From Vicugna vicugna (taxonomy: Eukaryota): a stretch of 47,316 nucleotides of DNA. Below are positions 1 to 12,003 of this stretch, one piece after another (the first letter of the stretch is position 1; each line of letters starts with the position of its first letter). The DNA lies in contig MU058844.1 in assembly GCA_013265495.1 (NCBI GenBank), positions 4,951,535 to 4,998,850 on the forward strand, given 5' to 3'. The position numbers and the translations under genes were made by a program. A model generated the notes under the pieces. The model saw only the letters and a program-made list of their open reading frames with translations, was not told the origin of the DNA and ran no database searches.

Positions 1-54
1 CATATGGCATTCTCAAACTAGAAATGTAGATGGATCTCTTACATTTCTCTATTT

Positions 55-490
55 AGGAATACATTTGGTTGCAAATAAAAGAAAATTAAACCCACATATG
101 TGTCACCAAACAATGTAAACGAAGGCTATTTGTAATTTATAGAAAAAAGTTCAAGAATATGACTGGCATAAGATGTTCAGTAATACTACTGGGGACCAGG
201 GCTCTTGCTATAATTTTGCTTAAAAATTTTTTTTAAACTGTGTTTTTTTATTGTGCTCATAACCTTGGAGTCACAATATAGCTACTGTACCTTCAGGCAT
301 CATACTTTGAGCCTATTACAGGCCAGTGGCAGGAGAAAAAGAAAAGACCATTACTCGCTGACTTCTGCTTATATCTTTCTAGCTTGAAAAGGGCCACATA
401 ACTATCTCTGACTGGGAAGCTATGAAGTTAAGATTTAACATTTGTATCAGAGAAAGGATAAGGACGTTGGAAATGGAATTTTGAATAGCT
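55..490 (-). mobile_element. Degenerate MaLR LTR (MLT1 J/K/L-like)
   Basis: Ordered motifs ttggttgcaaataaaagaaa, ggggaccagggctctt, gtcacaatatagctactgtaccttcaggcatca, gacttctgcttatatc and gggccacat match the reverse strand of old MLT1 LTRs as recalled. Boundaries approximate. Confidence 0.55.
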
Positions 491-564
491 AACCTAAAAC
501 ATCTGCTGTACACACATGTTATCCTATATACCTTACGTTTTTAGAACTAGTCCAAATCTATGTT

Positions 565-2190
565 TTCATTCATTAATTTATTTTGTCAGACATTCAAGAA
601 CTATTTATTCAGTTCTATTGTTGGGTACTGAGAATATATCTGTGAACAAAAAAGGCAATACCTATCTTTAAAAAAGTGTACAAAAATCAATTCCAAATAC
701 ATTCCAGGTCTAAATGTTAAAGACAAATGAAAAAAGCCTTTTCAAGAAAAGATAGAACATCTTTGTGACCTTGGAGTAGACAAAGGTTTCTTAAAGAAGA
801 CATATACACACACAAACACTAACTATATACAGAGTGACACATTGAACTATATTAAGATTGAGAACAGCTGACATCAAAAAACACCATTAACAGAGTGCAA
901 AGGGATCTCACAAGGCTGAAGAATATAGTCACAAAGTATAAAGCTAACAAGAATTTCTACAGTCAATAAAAAAATGAAATATAGCCCAATTTAAAATAGG
1001 TAAAACATGCAAATAAAGATTTGTTTAAAAGAAAATACATATATCTATAAACATTAAAAGATCTTTAATCATGTTAATCATCATGAAATTCAAATTAAGG
1101 CAACAATGAGATTCTACTATATACTTGCCAAAATAGGCACAATGAAAAAAGGCTGAAAATCTCCATTGTTTGCAAGTATTTGGAGCAACTGAAACTCTGT
1201 AGAGTACAAATTAGTGCAATCACTTTTAAAACCTGTTTATCATTATTGCCTATAGCTGAACATGTGTGCTTTTCACTCTAGCATTTTGAACTCTAGGTGT
1301 ATGCTCAAAAAAGATCCATATATTTCTTCACCAAAAGATATGTAAGAAAGTTCATAGCAACAACATTGATGATAGCCAAAAGCTGGAAATAACCTAAACA
1401 TATATCACTGCTAGAATGGATAAATAAATCATGGTGTATTTGTATAGTGGGATACCCTACAATGAGGAGAATAAACAACTTACAATTGCATGCAGCAGTA
1501 TGGATGGATCTCATAAACATAATGCTGAAAAAAATGGAGCGGCAGTGAACCTAGCCTATGTTCCATTTATATAAAATGCCAAAAAAGGCAAAGGTGACCT
1601 ATTCTGTTAAATTCAGAAGAGTAGTTAAACCTTGTGGGGAGGAAAAGTGAGGACAGGAACAGAGAATGAACAGAATTTCCTGAGTATTAGTAATAAACTC
1701 TTCCTTAATATTGGAGTTTTTTATACAGGTGTTTTGTTTGTGAGAATGCATCCAGCTCGACACTGTGACATATATAATTTTCCTTTTAAACAGTATCCTT
1801 CGATAAAAAGTTAAAAGAAAAAACAAAAAAGAAAACAGATCTGATACTGACCTCAAAGAGGTTATTGAATAATGGAAGAGAGACATATTACGTGACAGTT
1901 ATGAGCATCACTGTGTTAACATGAGTTTTGCTACCTAGCTTGTAGGATAATCACAAGTCTTTCAAAGAAAGTTAAGCGAGGTACTCTTATTCAGATGGGA
2001 GGGTCTGGGAAACCCCTTTGAGGAAGTGAGACCAAAGATATTATCTGAAGCATGAAGGAGTTTTCAGATGAAGATTGATGACAAGAGAACTCTAAGTATA
2101 AGGAACAACATGTGTGAAGACCCTCAGAAGAAAAAGAGCTTGGTTTGTTAGAACAACTGAAATAAGACCAGTGTAGCTATTAGAGACAAA
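565..2190 (-). mobile_element. L2 3' fragment split by an L1 insertion (pieces ~565-660 and ~1835-2190)
   Basis: Starts with ttcattcattaatttatt...gggtactgagaatatatctgtgaacaaa (antisense L2 tail). Resumes after the L1 A-tail with cagatctgatactgacctcaaagag...gaacaacatgtgtgaagaccct...gaccagtgtagct. Confidence 0.65.
660..1835 (+). mobile_element. Old L1 (L1ME/L1MC-like) ORF2 3' end plus 3' UTR
   Basis: Decayed ORF2 motifs (aaaaatcaattccaaat, catctttgtgaccttggagtagacaaaggtttcttaa, ggagcaactgaaactct, atggatggatctcataaacataatgctga). Ends in an A-rich tail at ~1805-1835. Confidence 0.85.
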
Positions 2191-2284
2191 AGACAGGGTG
2201 CTGTGATTAAGATTCCTTTCGAGCCTTCAAAACTGGCATATTTCCCAAATTCATACCAGAGACCTAGTGTGTCCTCAGAATTTA

Positions 2285-4070
2285 TCAATTATTCATTAAG
2301 TTAATAAATATTTGGTAATGTCTCCATACTATATTCTTAAATAATCTGGACAAGTGGAGGAGACAAATGTAAATAGGACAGTAGCAACTCAGAAGATGAG
2401 TGTGACGGTAATGGTGTGCATGAGTTGTTATGGGAAGACAACGAAGAAGCCTATTATTAAGCCATGAGGGAATCAGAGACTATTTCTCAGAAGAGGTGAT
2501 AGCCAAGGTGAATGTGAAAGACTGTGAAGAAACAAGCAAGGCAGAGAAACTGGGACATGAGCAGGACATTCCACTGAGGAAGGAAGATGGACAAACCCCA
2601 GAAGCAAAACCAGCAGTTGAGTGTGGATGGCAAATAGAGTAACGGTGCAGAGAGGACACAGGCTAGAAGGGACTGGTTGGAGAAAAAGTAAGCAAGGACC
2701 AGATCATATCAGGCCTGGTTGCCCATCTATAAATAATTGGAGTACTATTCTAAATAGATGGGAAGACTTGGAGTGGTTTTAAGTAAAGACTTGAAATGAT
2801 CAGACTTTAGGGATCATATTGTTCACTGAGGCATCATATTGATCACTGCTATGCACCAGATCGTAGGGCATTGCCTGGCAGATAATAGAAGCCAACAAAT
2901 ATTGGTTGCTAAATGAATATAAAGAAAAACAATACAGATTTCATTGACTTCTATATGAATTCTGTCAGAAAATCCTGTTGGGTCTGCTTTGAAAGTATGT
3001 CCAGAAGCTGACCACTTCTCATCCCACTGCTTTCATCTTGTCGTCTCTCACTTAGATTTTTGTAATAGCTTCTTAACTAACTTCCCTGTATTCGCACTTA
3101 CTCCTCTGCAGTTCATTATCAATACAGCAGTAATACAACTTCTTTAAAATGTAAGTGAGATAATGTCACCTATGTTCAAAATGCTTTAATGTCCTTTCCT
3201 CTCATATAGAGTAAAATTCAGGAACCTTTAAGCACTTGAACAATCTGCTTTTTCCTTTCTTGAGCTCTCTGATCTCTTTCCCTCTGACCTTCCTTCACTC
3301 CGTCTCTGCCGTCTTGACTCTTGCTCTTTCTCAGCCACACCTACAGTCACAAACTATTGTTGACACTTGACTCAAGGCCTTTGCTCCATGTCAAATCTTT
3401 TGATTTTTGATGCCTACTTTGACCACACTTTAAAAAATAGCCCTTCTCACCTGTTCCCAGCACTCCTAGTCTCCTTACATGACTTAATTATTTCTTTTTT
3501 CATAGCATTCATCACTATCTAACATGTAAATTACCAAATCATAATGTTTATTGTTCTTTCCTTCCAGAGGAATGCAAGAACTATGATGGCAGGATTTTTT
3601 TCTTTCTTTTATTGAAGTTTAATGCCAATAAATGCCTGTCTCATAGTAGGTGCTCAAAAATACTTGTCAACTTGCTCAAAAGAGAGAGAGCAGGAAATGC
3701 AGTTAGAAAGCTACTATCCATTAAGAGAGTGCAGTGGGGAGAGAAGTAGATTCAAGTGCTAGATTTGGAAAGGAAACCACTGGCATTCTTTTAATTCTAG
3801 GTAAAGTGCTATACACCCTAGTTTCTCACATTCCAGTTGATTGTGCTCACACCCTCCCCTAAGTCCTTTATATATATAGATTTCTGATACTGCTCTGATC
3901 ACAGTGATGGACTTGATGTGGAAGACAGAGAAAGAAAACTGTGGCAGAGATGACTCTCAGTTTTTTTAGGATGAACCTGGATGTGCTGTATCAGAGATTA
4001 GGAATACTAGAAGAGGAACATGTTTGGAGGCAAGATCAAAAGTTTAAATTTGGTCATGGTAAATGATTCC
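2285..4070 (-). mobile_element. L2 (minus) fragments ~2285-2830 and ~3680-4070 flanking nested plus-strand L2
   Basis: Purine-rich antisense L2 signature (cagaagaggtgatagccaaggtgaatgtgaaag, gaccagatcatatcaggcct, agatgactctcagttt, gaatactagaagaggaacatgtttgg). Confidence 0.6.
2960..3672 (+). mobile_element. L2 3' fragment
   Basis: aaatcctgttgggtctgctttgaaagtatgtccagaagctgaccacttctc... ending in the canonical L2 tail gcctgtctcatagtaggtgctcaaaaatacttg. Confidence 0.8.
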
Positions 4071-4240
4071 TCTAGGAGGCAAAACCATTTTGACTGAATA
4101 GACTCATTAGTTAAATGCTGAGTAGAGACTAGCTGAATTCAATTATTTGCCCATAATTCTGAAATAACTGCTTACTAAATGATGACTATTTATTGACTAA
4201 AATGAACTGTAGATAGCACATAGGAAGACATTCAACTCCA

Positions 4241-4632
4241 TGTACAGCCAAGATTTAATGAGAGAAACATAACCAGTAGGAAATATATATTAAGAGATTT
4301 ACTGCAAGGAATTGCCATACTTGGTTTGGAGAGGTAACTCTGCGATTCTGAATTCTCTAAGGCAGGCCTTCAGGAAGGGTAGGCTAGAACTCTGGGGCAT
4401 GAGTCAAAGCTCCTAAGCTCAAGCAGAAGTTCCTCCTCTTTTGGGAAACCTCAGTTCCGCTCTTAGGGTCTTTTAACTGATTGAATCGGGCCTACCCAGA
4501 TTAACTAAAATAATCTCTTTACTTAAAATCAACTGTTTCTGCACTTCAGACATATATGCAAAATGCCTTCACAGTTACACCTAGATTAGTATTTGACTGA
4601 ATAACTGGGGGCTGTAGCTTAGTCAAGCTGAT
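4241..4632 (-). mobile_element. ERVL solo LTR (MLT2D-like)
   Basis: agagaaacataaccagtagga, gggaaacctcagtt, ttaactgattgaatcgggcctacccagatt and ccttcacagttacacctagattagtatttgactgaataactggg are diagnostic MLT2 motifs in antisense. Confidence 0.85.
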
Positions 4633-5369
4633 ACATAAAATTGGGTATCATATCCAGCTCTCCCCAGTCTGCAACTTTTATGAATTCTTTAATTTTAATA
4701 AGTTTTAGTTTTCTTTTATGTACATCAGGAAGAGGTTTTAACATAATCACATTCATTTATGGTCCATTTGCATTAACTCTCACTAGATATTTATTTTAAT
4801 ATGTGTGTCCTTGAATTTACCTGCTTTCTAACTTTTCCCTTACTTATTTAATGGATTCCTTTCTTGTGACTCTGCCCACAAGAGTGACTTCATTTTCTGA
4901 ATGCTCTAGTGTAATTTGAAAAAAACAAGTCTGTATACCTCTTTGATATGCTAATATTAGTTTCTCTGAGTACTAGAAATTTCAATGCCCTGAGAAAATA
5001 ACTATTCGAAAAAAATACATATTTTTGTATTTTGAATGTACAAAGCAGTTTTATTTCTCACTTTTACATTTAGTACATGAATTTTTCAGTATTATCACAA
5101 AGTAAACAATTATCTTTGCCTCACCTTCCAGTCTACTTTGTTGAGAAAGCACTCACATTTCACTCTGCTAACATGTTATTTATTTAATGAACAGCAATAG
5201 ATGTCTTTCACATCATTCTTTTATAATATTAAATTTTAAATGCTCTTTTTAATTTTCATCTCTCATCTTCTGTGAAAGTATAACTTCATGGTACAATTTG
5301 AATGCTAATCTGAATGGGGAAAAGAATAAAACACTTAACGAATTCAGAGAAGAGATAAATGGCTCTTAC

Positions 5370-5790
5370 TAGGGTATTTAGGAAATCTTTTATTAACTAG
5401 GAGATAAACTTTGACTATGGTCTTAGAGTGTTTGATGGGTGAAGAATGGAGTATTCCTGGTGATGGGCAAGAAATGTATCATAGACAAAACCACACCGGA
5501 ATAAAAAGTATTGGGATATTCAGGTAAAGGGAGAAGTTCAGTGTGAATGGAGGACTGAGTGCATGAAATGGAATAAAGAGAAATCAAGTTGCAGAAGAAG
5601 TTGGTTGAGTTTGGAGTTACATATGTCAAACTAAGCAGTGAATGAGCAATGGAAGCTCTCAAGCCTGTAGGCTTTTATGCTTCACTGATGTTTATCTACG
5701 TGTACCTATCACAGTACTTGGTACATGGCCGGTATTCAATAAATACCTTTGATGACGGAACGCATCCTGTGTTGTTCAGGAAGAGCAGAT
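5370..5790 (-). mobile_element. L2 fragments (mostly minus, short plus-strand tail at ~5670-5760)
   Basis: gagtattcctggtgatgggcaag...gagaagttcagtgtgaatggag...gagcaatggaagc, plus the tail cacagtacttggtacatggccggtattcaataaata. Confidence 0.5.
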
Positions 5791-5804
5791 CTGGTTTTGA
5801 TTTA

Positions 5805-6050
5805 CACTGATAATAGGTAACTTACTGCATAGTTACTGTGTTAGTTTTTTCCTAAAGATCTTAGAAGTATTAACCCAGTCCTCACAAGAATTCTTTTTAT
5901 ATTATCATCTGCACCTATAGGTGAGGGCGATAGGTGCAGAAGGGTTAAGTACCTTGGATAAGATCTCACAGCCGTGTGCTCCTACGTCAGGATTTGAGCT
6001 CAGACTGTGTGAGTCTTGAGTCAGAGCTCTTACCTGCTATACTGTGTTGC
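5805..6050 (-). mobile_element. MIR SINE
   Basis: gtcctcacaagaa...ggttaagtaccttggataagatctcacagc...caggatttgagctcag...cagagctcttacctgctatactg follows the antisense MIR consensus. Confidence 0.75.
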
Positions 6051-6400
6051 ACCCCAGAGAAGATCTATTTTTGAACGAAATCGCACTTAGTTGTATTGAA
6101 GAGCGAATTTGCATGGCGATCGTGAAAAATGAACGGCTGAGAGATCAAATAGGAGGTTAGAAAAAAGAGATTGAGTTTGAGAACTTTTTCCCCTAAACAT
6201 AAGCATTTGAAAAGATAGATTTTGTATTGATATCAAAAATTTAAACATGTTTGTATGAAAAAGAGACAGCTGTGCTTTGTAGCATTAAATCACATTGAAA
6301 TTCGTCTGTGAGCAGTAACGTTTACAAACATCTAAAACTATATCAGATGGAGAATAGTGTTATGGAATTTCATAAGAGTTTTTATATTCTTTTTTGTTAG

Positions 6401-6509
6401 AGGAGACTCTGAAAAACCTCTTCTAGTGTTGGATCAATGTTGTGAGTTTGCCAATGTGTTTTTCTGTGACAGCAAAGATATTCAAGAGATAACCAGAAAT
6501 TGGATCTGA
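6401..6509 (+). CDS. Candidate terminal coding exon of an unidentified plus-strand gene (xGDSEKPLLVLDQCCEFANVFFCDSKDIQEITRNWI*)
   Basis: Unique sequence. U-rich acceptor tttttatattcttttttgttAG at 6399-6400, then 1 nt plus 35 open codons to TGA at 6507-6509. Downstream AU-rich unique DNA carries ATTAAA (6646-6651) and AATAAA (7018-7023). Gene not recognised. Confidence 0.5.
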
Positions 6510-7656
6510 AATAACAGTCCAGCACTGGGATTGCCTCTCTTTCTGCTGATGAGTGGTATCTAAAGATAACACGTCCTGTTAGGTTGCAGCATCCCACTGT
6601 GTCTCTGAAAACTTTTTATCTTCTTTGCACAAATTGATCCCAAAGATTAAAGAATTCATGGTTGTGATTTTAAGTTGGACTTATTGACACCAGTTCTTAC
6701 TGAGTGCAAAAACAAATTGATGAGCAATTTGTTTTAATCCTCTAAGGAAAAGGGGTGAGATTACTTCAGAATGCTTGTTGGTTAGTTTTTCACCAGTGTC
6801 TGCCAACTTTAACACCCACAATGAACTAATTTGTTTCTGAATTTGTATGATTTAAGATAGATACTGCACACCAGAAAACAGAAAACAAAAATCTTGCAGA
6901 CCTTACATTTGTTATAATTGTAACAAAGTTGAAATCAAGCCAACCTAAACAACTATTACATGCAAATAAGCATCAAATATGAACAATATGTTTGATACTA
7001 GTAATTATTAATTTTAAAATAAACTTTTCAAGCTATCAATTAAAAAATAACCTTGACAGGAATAACTTATTTTCAGTACTAAGTGAAATATAGGCATAGA
7101 TATTTGTCCAGTTTTTTTTTAAAACACATCCATGCAGTCTCACTCCCTGAGAGCTGATGCTTTCAGTCAGAATCAGAGGTCTTTCCCACCAGGCCAGCAA
7201 TCTATAGGTCATTAGATATAAAGAGCCAGAGAGAGAAACTTTCGTTAGTTTCTCTCTAATTATCGTGCTTCAGGATCAGACAAATGTTGATAACAGCATC
7301 ACTTCACAGAGCTGGGCTTCTTGATTGTGTATCTCTTCCTGTCTTTTCCCCTCTGGATCCTTCCTTGAGAAAGACTTATGGCATAGTATGACCCCCAGCT
7401 GTAACCTAGTCTCACATGCACATGGTAGGCATTGAATTAATTTTGACTAAAACATCTATCTCCATCATTTTTACTATCAAAATTCTAAGCTAAAGTTGGA
7501 GTTTGACTTTTCACACTGACTTCTGTTTCTCTCTCAGCTTGTACCCCTGAGATCTATACCTACTGTCTACCTAATGTAACTTCACAGATACATACTGAAA
7601 TTGCTAATCAGACTTTGGCTCTATCTATAAAAAGTAGCATTAAAATTTCATTCTTC

Positions 7657-8083
7657 TGTTACCAAGTCCAAACTTGTTCTATTCACCACACGACAGGCCA
7701 ATAAATCTGGAGACGAGGTGTTGGGGCAAGGAGTAGCAACTTAACTCGGAAAGCCGGCAGACTGAGAGGATGGCACACTGAGTCTTGGAGAACTATCCTA
7801 CTCAAGTCAGAATTCAGGGTCCTTTTATACTATAAAGGGGAGGGGGTGTGGTTGGTTGTTGCAAACTTCTTGGTGTAGGACTTCTTTGTTCTTGCAGCTG
7901 TCCACGTGGGCCAGCTCATGGTGCTCCTGCAAAACCTCCAACAAAACAAATGTTATTCTCTATTCTGCAACTTATCTTTATGTGAGTGCAGAGCTAGCAA
8001 GACTAAGCCTAGAAAACAGGGCACAGGGTTAAAGCCAAAGGAACAGATCTAATATGGAGTCAGATTTGTTCTTTTCTATTACA
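7657..8083 (-). mobile_element. ERV1 solo LTR, MER41-like (artiodactyl type)
   Basis: TG...CA termini. Minus strand begins TGTAATAGAAAAGAACAAATCTGACTCCATATTAG and ends GTTTGGACTTGGTAACA. TATAAAAG on minus at 7822-7829. No clean TSD (cttc vs caac). Confidence 0.8.
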
Positions 8084-9314
8084 CAACAATTTCAAGTGTT
8101 CAAACTTATTCATAAGTCAGTAAGTGAAAGAAATTGCATCTCATTCATTTAGTGTCAACATGTTCAACATATAACCTGTCATAAGGCTCTTCACCTTATT
8201 TGGAACCAAGTGGATACTGAGAAATTTTTTGCCTTATAAAACATGGCCTACTTGTTCACCCATTAATTTTTCATGCCTACTGTGGACTCTGAACAACTTT
8301 GTTTCTGTGTAAATTGATTGGAAAAATAAAGGAAATCTTCCATCTTCCTTGAATTTTATAGATTGTTTTACACTGATTTTCAGTTTATCAGTGTACCAGT
8401 CTACCTAACTGAGCCCAGGGGAGTGATAGGATAGCATTCAAAGAGCAATAAACATCAAGTTGAGAGGATGTATACCTTTGTGTGGAAACTTCAATATCAA
8501 CTGGAATTGAAGATGGACTGCAATGGGTGGGAGGTGGATGATGGAGACATTTCAAGTAGTAATTGAACCCACACCATGTTACTCAATTCACCTTTTATAA
8601 ATGGAAAATACTTGTAGTAACTGGTTGAAACTTTTGATTATTGTGACTATGCAGATCAAAATAATAGTTCACTATTATATTTCTATCAAATCCTAATCAA
8701 AGAATTGACCAACTCCACCAGTTACCCTCTAAAAAATTCTTCTTGAAGTTGAGGCAGTATGTGAATACTAGGTAAAATGGTGCTGTTCACTCTACGTTAG
8801 AAGGAAAATGGTAGAAAGACCACTTTTTAAAGAATATATTTCTGTGCTAAATGGTTGCAAACAAAAATTTAACAAATTCTCGTTTATCAGTTACTGTTAA
8901 TTTATCTCTGTCTCCTTCCTTGGGATTAATTCTTTCCAGTCCCCTTCATCACTGGCAATCTTTTTGGTATCTTTCTGTCTTTATCTTGTCATCTTTCCCA
9001 ACTTCTGTCTCAGAGCACTGCTTAGTACCAAGTTCAGGTCACCAGTTTAAAATATGTGCTTAAACATCAGTAAACCCCTCACTAAGCATTAGGAAATAAT
9101 CTTAGCTTGCAGACTTTCTGAGGGTCCTGATTTAATTTTGTATTTCTAAATTGTAGGACAGTGTCTAGAAAATAGTAGTTGCTCAACAAATGTATGTTTA
9201 ATAAAAATATTTTTCAAAGCTTTATTGCTGTTAAATTAATTAATATTAATTAATAAAAACTAAATGTAATTTTACTAGGAGAGTTTCAGTGCTTGAAGAT
9301 GATAATAGTCTACC

Positions 9315-9540
9315 TGGACTGAGCATGCTTCCTTGTTGCCAAGTATTGCATACATTTATGAATGAATTAATAGTTCATTTATGAGCTAAGTTCCTTTCAT
9401 TAAACTATTTTATATCTGAGGAAATTAAGGAATGAACTACTTAAGTAACCTGCCCAACATCCCAGTGCCATTCCTAGGGTTATAATATGAGCATAGGCAA
9501 TCTGACTACAAAGCATGCTTTCTTTATCACTCTGCTGTAA
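9315..9540 (-). mobile_element. MIR SINE
   Basis: tatatctgaggaaattaagg...ttaagtaacctgcccaacatc...aggcaatctgactacaaagcatgct. Confidence 0.65.
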
Positions 9541-10396
9541 AATAAAAACTGACCATTCATCTTAGCCAAGATTAGTGTTTCTCAAATATTTGGATTTCAT
9601 GATAGGATTGACAACTTTAATTTTGTGAAGAATAGTATGAATAAAATTACTATTGCCCAAGTTGTGTACAATAAAATTTGTAAAACATATCCTAGCACAA
9701 TAGTAGAAATTATAATGATCATAGTAATGTACAGTTCTTTAATATTGACATTAAAAGTTATGAGCCAATCAATGCCTTGTCCTCAGTCCACTCTTAGTGA
9801 TCACGGTGCAATCATAGATGTTAATGGCAAATAAACTACATTGGAGAAACTCTTCAGTGTATTATGCACTTTTGCCATGAACCTTTCTGCTTCTATTTGT
9901 CTCCTTCTACCTAGAATAGATTTTAACATGCCCTGAAAGTCTATACACAGCAAAAGGATATCATTTGTTCCTTGTGGAAATGAGAACTTGACCATTTCAC
10001 CAGCTGACCTGCATTTCAGGGTATCTGGGCATGAAGCCAACAGCCTTAGAGAATTAGACTATGATGAAATCCTCTTGAGTTGTTATCCAAGAAGTTATTG
10101 TTCAGTGCCCCAAGGATCAGAGTCAAGGATAAAGCTGATTCTATGTAACTGGTTAACACAAATTGATAGTAGCATGAATAAATAGCAGTGTTTGAGGGTA
10201 AGTTAAGACATGAGTAGCTCTCCAAAGGTACAGGTCCAATTTTGGCTTGCTCTTTGGCTGCTGTTTCAATACTGATTCAGTTTCAGTATGTAATTATTTC
10301 TAATAGCAGATAAAAGCACACATTTTCTTGTATATCCTCACATATTAAAAATGTTTGCAATGTGGAATATGGAAGATGGCACCCTTGAGTAGTATA

Positions 10397-10833
10397 TAGA
10401 ACTTCCTCCACTTAAGATGGGGTTATGTCCCAATAAACCTATCATTGGTCAAAAATGCATTTGATATATGTGATCTACCAAACATAATAGCTTAGCCTGG
10501 CTTACCTTAAACACACAGAACACCTGCATTAGCCTACAGTTGGGAAAATTCATCTAACACAAAGCCTATTTTATAATAAAGCAGCTTACTGAACACTGTA
10601 CTGAAAGTGAAAAACGGAACAGTTGTATGGGTATACAGAATGGTTCTAGGTGCATCAGTTATTTCCCCTTGTGATTGTGTGGCTAACTTGGAGCTGCAGC
10701 TCAGAAGTATCCTACTGAATATTCCTAGCCCCAGAAAAGAGCGAAATTCAAAATTCAAAGTATGGTTTCTACTGAATGCTTACTGCTCCCTTTTGCACCA
10801 TCATAAAGTCAAGCAATCATAAGGGACTGTCTG
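10397..10833 (+). mobile_element. TcMar-Tigger non-autonomous DNA transposon (MER47B/Tigger5-like)
   Basis: Starts tagaacttcctccacttaagatggggttatgtcccaataaacc and ends agggactgtctg, with TA on both sides (10395-96, 10834-35). Internal cattagcctacagttggg and agtatggtttctactgaatgc are typical of MER47. Confidence 0.88.
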
Positions 10834-11089
10834 TATTTGTGTTCTGCCCAAGTAAAACAGAGAAATATTCAATGTTTTCTATTTTGTTAGCATAGGTTTA
10901 ATTATGTCTATAAAGTTCATCAGTTATATTTTACTACATTCAAGTCACTTCATACTGGTAATACACAGATTGCATACTCTGATTCATGAATTCCTAATTC
11001 CCTTTTCTGACCGTCAGCAAAACTGTTAGCATACTTAAATATTTATCCCTGTTTCTTGCCTTCTGAGAAATGAGGGATAAAGTATTGCG

Positions 11090-11365
11090 CCTCTAGTCAA
11101 AGATGGATTCCTCCGTCTATGCCCCTCTGGACGCCATCCCAGCTTGGTTTCTTAAGAATTTCTCTTTTACGTGTCTTCCTTCCACCTCCATTGTCATCTA
11201 TCTCATGCTCTTCCTGGATTATTCACTTAAGCCTAGGATCTCCTATCGCAAAGTGAAAAAGAAGAAAAGAAAAAAACACCAAAAACTAAACTAAACAAGT
11301 CCTCCTTATTCCCACTGTTCCACTTTCTGTTCACTTGCATACCAAAATTTCTTGAAAAGTTTTAT
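11090..11365 (+). mobile_element. L2 internal fragment
   Basis: cctctggacgccatcccagcttggtttcttaag and ctttctgttcacttgcataccaaaatttcttgaaaagtt resemble the L2 RT region. Confidence 0.45.
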
Positions 11366-11494
11366 ACAGAAATCAAGGTTACAATGACGTCAATGACATA
11401 AAGGAAATATGGAGGACAGGCAACAAGTTTATTTTTAATTGAATGTCCTTTTAGGTAAGAATAGCTCATGAGCATATGTACCAAGTTCTCTTTT

Positions 11495-12003
11495 TTTAAT
11501 GAGTTATCTTTTCTTGCATGTTATATTGTCAAAAACTAGGCTTAAAACAGCATATTTTTTATTATCTCACAGTTTGTATTGAACAGAAATGTGGGCCCGC
11601 AGCTTCTGGGATTCTCACAGACTGTAATCAAGGACCTCTGTCTTTTGTCATCTCAAAACCTGACTGGGAAAAGACACACTTCCGAGCTCATGTGGTTCTT
11701 GGTAGTATTCAGTTCTTCATGGGTTGTTGGCCTGAAAGCCTTCATTTTATGCCATGCAGGCATCTCCAACATGGCAATTTGCTCCATCAAATCCTATAAG
11801 CTGAGAAAGTAATACAGTGCAAAACTCCCTAACAAGATGGAAGTCACAATGTTTAGGAACCTAATCAGGGAAATGACATCCTTTCACCATTGCTTTATTT
11901 TACAGGTTAGAAGCAGGTCAATCAACTTGATATAAGTGATACTCAGAAGTATGATATCAGGGAGTGAGAAGCATTGTGGGTTATTTTAGAAGTCTATCTA
12001 CAC
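11495..12003 (-). mobile_element. MaLR LTR (MLT1F-like)
   Basis: ggcttaaaacagcat...tattatctcacagtt...gactgggaaagacacacttccgagctca...aagatggaagtcaca...cctaatcagggaaatgacatcc...gttagaagcaggtca. Confidence 0.8.

Noticed and set aside
4820..4906. Minus-strand open frame HSENEVTLVGRVTRKESIKISKGKVRKQ ending at CAG|GTAAAT
   Set aside because: Poor acceptor, unrecognised peptide, expected by chance.
7520..7650. Acceptor ctgacttctgtttctctctcAG followed by ATTAAA
   Set aside because: Could be an alternative last exon, but motif-only evidence is insufficient.
9235..9254. 20-bp palindrome attaattaatattaattaat
   Set aside because: Low-complexity AT sequence; unremarkable.
10020..10197. Possible exon between tttcAG and AGG|GTAAGT
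   Set aside because: Weak pyrimidine tract, the longest frame stops before the donor, and no recognisable peptide.
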